Translations under genes and position numbers: made by a program | Assembly: GCA_963734845.1 (NCBI GenBank) | Contig: CAVTIS010000018.1 | Location: forward strand, 2,482-66,481 | DNA: 64,000 nt | Source of the DNA: an uncultured delta proteobacterium | GTDB lineage: Bacteria > Desulfobacterota > Binatia > Binatales > Binataceae | Reading direction: 5' to 3' | In this document: positions 60,807 to 64,000 of the stretch, one piece after another | Position numbering within the stretch: position 1 is the first letter of the stretch | How the letters are laid out: the number at the start of each line of letters is the position of its first letter | The notes under the pieces: model-generated | The model's input: the letters and a program-made list of their open reading frames with translations, nothing else | Databases searched by the model: none | Told to the model about the DNA's origin: nothing

Positions 60807-61106
60807 ATGAAATGCCAGGGCAACGAAAATAGCAAGAGCCGCAGCCGTGGATGGGCGCCGGCCGCTATCGCGGGGGCCGCGTTACTGGCGGCGGCCGTGT
60901 GCGGCGGATGTTTGTACACCATCATTCCCGCGATGGCCGGACCCAGCACCACTTATCCGCAATCCGCCGATAACCAGCCAGCAGCGCAGCCGTCGCCGGC
61001 GTCGCAGGCAACGGAGCCGTCGCAGCCGCCAAACGATCAGAACAAACAGCTAAACGGCATGCCGCCAAACGGTGCTCATCCTCATGGCCAGGGCGGCACT
61101 CTATAG
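60807..61106 (+). CDS. Small membrane/secreted protein with C-x-GCLY-x-I-I-P motif and Q/P-rich tail (paralog 1)
   Basis: ATG at 60807 with strong AGGAGGGGAGAG RBS. Hydrophobic segment WAPAAIAGAALLAAAVCGGCLYTIIPAMAG. Confidence 0.45.
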   Translation: MKCQGNENSKSRSRGWAPAAIAGAALLAAAVCGGCLYTIIPAMAGPSTTYPQSADNQPAAQPSPASQATEPSQPPNDQNKQLNGMPPNGAHPHGQGGTL

Positions 61107-61111
61107 CGGGC

Positions 61112-61336
61112 GTGGTGAATCGTTCGAGCAGCGGACGTTCGAAAGTGATCGGCGCATCGGCGATGTTCGCGGTGTTGTTCGCGATGAGCGCCACGTGCAG
61201 CGGATGTCTGTGGATCGCGATCCCCAGTCTCGCCTACGAGGGCTACAAGTACGAGTCAGGCGGCGGCCATCAGGAGAGCCAGGCCAAGCAACATCAAAGC
61301 TCGCAGCCCCCTGCGGCCAACGATGACATCGAGTAG
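61112..61336 (+). CDS. Small membrane/secreted protein with C-x-GCLW-x-A-I-P motif (paralog 2)
   Basis: Hydrophobic segment FAVLFAMSATCSGCLWIAIPSLA. GTG start with no clear RBS. Confidence 0.35.
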   Translation: MVNRSSSGRSKVIGASAMFAVLFAMSATCSGCLWIAIPSLAYEGYKYESGGGHQESQAKQHQSSQPPAANDDIE

Positions 61337-61349
61337 CGGCCGGGCGGTG

Positions 61350-61943
61350 TCAGTTGCAGGCGCAGACGTTGCACGACGTTTGCCCGGTGAGCGCCGGCGA
61401 ATTTTTCAACACACTGGAAGGTAAGGTCGATACGCCTGTGCCGGGCGGCTGGGCCGGGTTGGCCGACGTGCCGGAGGTGGCGGCGTTGGCCGCCGCGCTA
61501 TTGGCGTTGCCGAGCCCGGGTGATTGTCCGGGCGGGATGAAGGGCGATTGCGGAGAGCTCGTGAGGTAGCTGAAACACGCGCCGGAAGCGGCCGAGCGCG
61601 CCGCGGAGTAGCTGGGTGCGGTGACCGTGCCCGACCATTGCGTGCCCGAAACGGTAGTGAAGCAACTGCAATTGAACAGTCGCGCGGCGGGAGTCGGCAG
61701 CGCGGTTGGAATTACCACGGGCGTAGCCAGAGGCGTGGCCACGACGCCCGGAACGCTCACCAGCGGGGACGGCGCGCCGGGCAAGGTGGGCACCGAAGGC
61801 CGAGTCTGGGGCGGCGGGCCGGGCGGTGGCGCCGGCGCCTGCGCGCGTGCCACGGCAGCCAGAGCGGTGAGGGCGAGCGCCGTCGCGATCACGGCTCGGG
61901 CGGCTGCGCAAACGCCTGAAATTAAGGTCGGGAAAATTCTCAT
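61350..61943 (-). CDS. Secreted proline-rich protein with C-terminal Cys cluster
   Basis: Signal peptide MRIFPTLISGVCAAARAVIATALALTALAAVARA. P/A/T-rich. C-terminal ...CNVCACN. Confidence 0.45.
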   Translation of the reverse strand: MRIFPTLISGVCAAARAVIATALALTALAAVARAQAPAPPPGPPPQTRPSVPTLPGAPSPLVSVPGVVATPLATPVVIPTALPTPAARLFNCSCFTTVSGTQWSGTVTAPSYSAARSAASGACFSYLTSSPQSPFIPPGQSPGLGNANSAAANAATSGTSANPAQPPGTGVSTLPSSVLKNSPALTGQTSCNVCACN

Positions 61944-61961
61944 CGCTAAAAGGTTGTCATC

Positions 61962-62007
61962 CTGAAGAAGTTCTTTGCTGAAGAAGTTCTATGCTGAAGA
62001 AGTTTTG
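61962..62007. repeat. Three tandem direct repeats of about 16 bp (CTGAAGAAGTTCTTTG / CTGAAGAAGTTCTATG / CTGAAGAAGTTTTG)
   Basis: Seen directly in the sequence. Lies 19-64 nt upstream of the minus-strand gene start at 61943, in the 363-bp divergent region shared with the TolC-like gene. Confidence 0.6.
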
Positions 62008-62305
62008 CTTCGAGAGTCCTGCGTCGAAAAAATTCTTGTACCAAGAGAAATCTTTGTCCGATCACGCGGCGGCATCTTGCGCGCGCGGGCGCGCCCCCGC
62101 GCGACGCCGGGATGCGCCGCTATGATCCGGAAGCCGGGCCTGCGTTGCAAGCGCGACGCGTTTGGGCAAAAGTGCCCTGTGTATTATTTGGCTCGATTCG
62201 CTCGACGGGCTTGATCTACGAAACGCACCTGCCGCGGTTTCGTCTTTGTGTGAAGTTCCGTTTGCGGAAGTCCTTCACGCTAGTTCAAGGAGGTTCCGAA
62301 TCCTT

Positions 62306-64000
62306 ATGATGTTGCGCAAGATATTTCCCATGCTCGTGATTCTCGTGCTGCCGGTGCTGGCGGAACACCCATTACCCCTGCTCGCGCAGACGGCGCCGAT
62401 GCCGGCCGCGATGCCGACCGCGGCGACCTCGGGTCTGGCCGTCGGTGCGCCCAAGTTGCCGCCTATCGCAACCCCGCGCAACCAACAGGTCATCCCGGTA
62501 CCCGAACAGCCGGCGCCCGATCTCAACACGCCCTCCAGCCAGACCGCGCCCTTCGAGCACGGCGCCTCCGTGTTGTCGCTACCCGGAAGTTTCGCCAGGC
62601 AGATTTCGCCCACCGAACGGGTGGCCCCCGAGAGCATCATCAGCCAATCCTACCTCGGTACGCGCGACGACACGGTGCGCGGGCTCTCGCTCAAGGAGGC
62701 GATTTATATCGGGCTTGCGAACAATCCCAACGTGAAGGTCGCCGAACTCGATCCGCTGGCCAGCGAGGAAGCGGTCGAAGTGGCCAATGGGGCGTTCGAC
62801 CCGGCGTTGACGGCCGAGGGCGACATCATCAAGAGTGTGGTGCCGGTCACCTCGCCGTTCCAGGTCAGCGGCAGCCGGGCGTTCACCAACAAGCTGTATG
62901 ACTGGGACTTCGGGCTCAACAAGGTGTCCGCACTGACCAATGGCACGATCGGGCTCACCTTCAACAACGAGCGCGCATACTCCAACTCGAGCTTCGCGTC
63001 GATCAATCCGTCCTACGTTCCGCAACTCGCGCTGTCGGTATCGCAGCCCCTCCTGCGCAACTTCGGCTGGAACTTCGCCACTCTCAACGTGCGGATCGCC
63101 GAGTCCTCGCAGAAGCAGTCGCAGTGGAACATGGAGCAGAGCATCGAGGACTTCGTGCTGCGAATCGGCACTGACTACTGGAACGTGGTGCAGGCGGAAG
63201 AGAACCTGCAGGTGGCCGAGTACGCGCTCAGGCTGAACAGCGACCTGGTGCGCCAGAACCGAATCGCGCTGCAGGTCGGCACGCTGGCGCCGATCGATCT
63301 GCAGGAGGCGCAATCGGCCGAAGCCACTTCGGCGGCCAACGTCTATACCGCCCAGGCCGCCCAGCGCGCCGCGCGCGCGGCGCTGCGGCAGGACGTGATG
63401 ATGAATCCGGCGTCGACCTTCGTGCCGCAGGAGATCGAGCCCACCGACAAGCCCAATCCGACGCGCGAGATGATTCCTAATGAAGAGGTAGCACTAGAGA
63501 CCGCGATCCAGTATCGGCCTTCGCTGGAGGGGATGCGCGAGGCCATCCGCGGCGCGCTGATGCAGGTGAAATTTTCTGAAAACCAGACCCTGCCGCAGCT
63601 CAACCTGGGCGCGCAGTTCGGCCTCAACTCGACCGCGGGGGCTTCCCATTGCATACGCAACTTCAGCGGGCTCATCAGCGGCAACTGCGCCGCTACTCCG
63701 CTGGTGCCAGGTTCCGGGACCAAGCTGCCGTTTGGCGGGATCTACGGCGACGCGCTCAACCGCCTGTTCGGCACCAGTTTCTATAACTACGCCGCGGTGT
63801 TGAACTTCGCCTATCCGATCGATAACGCCGCCGCGCGCTCGGTGCTGGCGCAGACGCGAGTGCAGTACGAATCGCTCAGGATGCAGTACCGCGCGTCGAT
63901 CTCGACCGCAGTGGTAGCGGTGCAGACCGCGCTCGCCAATCTGGAGGCGGATCACAAGCGCGTGCAGGCGACACGCCAGGCGACTTACTATGCGGCGGAA
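62306..64000 (+). CDS. TolC-family outer-membrane efflux protein (3' partial, runs off window)
   Basis: ATG at 62306 with AAGGAGG RBS and signal peptide MMLRKIFPMLVILVLPVLA. Characteristic TolC repeats (LSLKEAIYIGLANNPNV, LQVAEYALRLNSDL). Open frame continues to 64000. Confidence 0.75.
   Translation, partial: MMLRKIFPMLVILVLPVLAEHPLPLLAQTAPMPAAMPTAATSGLAVGAPKLPPIATPRNQQVIPVPEQPAPDLNTPSSQTAPFEHGASVLSLPGSFARQISPTERVAPESIISQSYLGTRDDTVRGLSLKEAIYIGLANNPNVKVAELDPLASEEAVEVANGAFDPALTAEGDIIKSVVPVTSPFQVSGSRAFTNKLYDWDFGLNKVSALTNGTIGLTFNNERAYSNSSFASINPSYVPQLALSVSQPLLRNFGWNFATLNVRIAESSQKQSQWNMEQSIEDFVLRIGTDYWNVVQAEENLQVAEYALRLNSDLVRQNRIALQVGTLAPIDLQEAQSAEATSAANVYTAQAAQRAARAALRQDVMMNPASTFVPQEIEPTDKPNPTREMIPNEEVALETAIQYRPSLEGMREAIRGALMQVKFSENQTLPQLNLGAQFGLNSTAGASHCIRNFSGLISGNCAATPLVPGSGTKLPFGGIYGDALNRLFGTSFYNYAAVLNFAYPIDNAAARSVLAQTRVQYESLRMQYRASISTAVVAVQTALANLEADHKRVQATRQATYYAAE

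Noticed and set aside
61962-62007. CRISPR array
   Set aside because: Only three about 16-bp direct repeats, contiguous with no spacers. No cas genes nearby.

Overview
GC-rich (about 68% GC), densely coding bacterial chromosomal segment. Genes were read from the six-frame track plus start/RBS inspection. The track renders GTG/TTG starts as M, so several starts were re-assigned.

In order, the window holds:
- Coenzyme A genes: coaX, an MBL hydrolase, a secreted Ala/Pro-rich PDZ protein, and panC behind a 334-nt leader.
- A divergently arranged six-gene block built on CDP-alcohol chemistry: an NTP-transferase::CDP-alcohol phosphatidyltransferase fusion with a coupled B12-radical SAM on the minus strand, facing HAD phosphatase, NTP transferase, ATP-grasp and class III aminotransferase on the plus strand. 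This is the best candidate for an undescribed system (a DIP-like solute or head-group pathway, or bacteriohopanepolyol side-chain tailoring).
- A Cys-type sulfatase with a secreted partner, a GmhB-like HAD with a DxA motif, an F420-type LLM oxidoreductase, and a Gfo/Idh/MocA oxidoreductase.
- A TetR-led hopanoid cluster: hpnH, polyprenyl synthase, a coupled MDR dehydrogenase, shc, dxr, hpnC, hpnD, hpnE, hpnA, a CruF-like membrane protein, then hpnG and hpnK divergent.
- pepN, a lipoprotein, crotonase, haloalkane dehalogenase, an AGPS-like FAD oxidase, SufT, a TPR protein, FabG-like SDR, and malQ.
- A surface-glycan cluster: two DUF2029/GT87-like membrane paralogs flanking a methyltransferase::GT2 polyprenyl-phosphate sugar synthase and GDP-fucose synthase.
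- A Vgb-like beta-propeller lipoprotein, an SDR, DUF72, GST, VanZ, zwf, and a small secreted Cys-rich peptide.
- An operon of thiolase, a thioredoxin-fold fusion protein, and a UGSC-type selenoprotein whose in-frame TGA (apparent Sec) is followed by a hairpin.
- A GT9 heptosyltransferase, lpxD, two tandem small paralogs, a Pro-rich secreted protein with triple direct repeats in its upstream region, and a partial TolC-like gene running off the end.

No rRNA, tRNA, CRISPR array or recognisable mobile element was seen. Many long antisense ORFs in the track are GC-frame artefacts.
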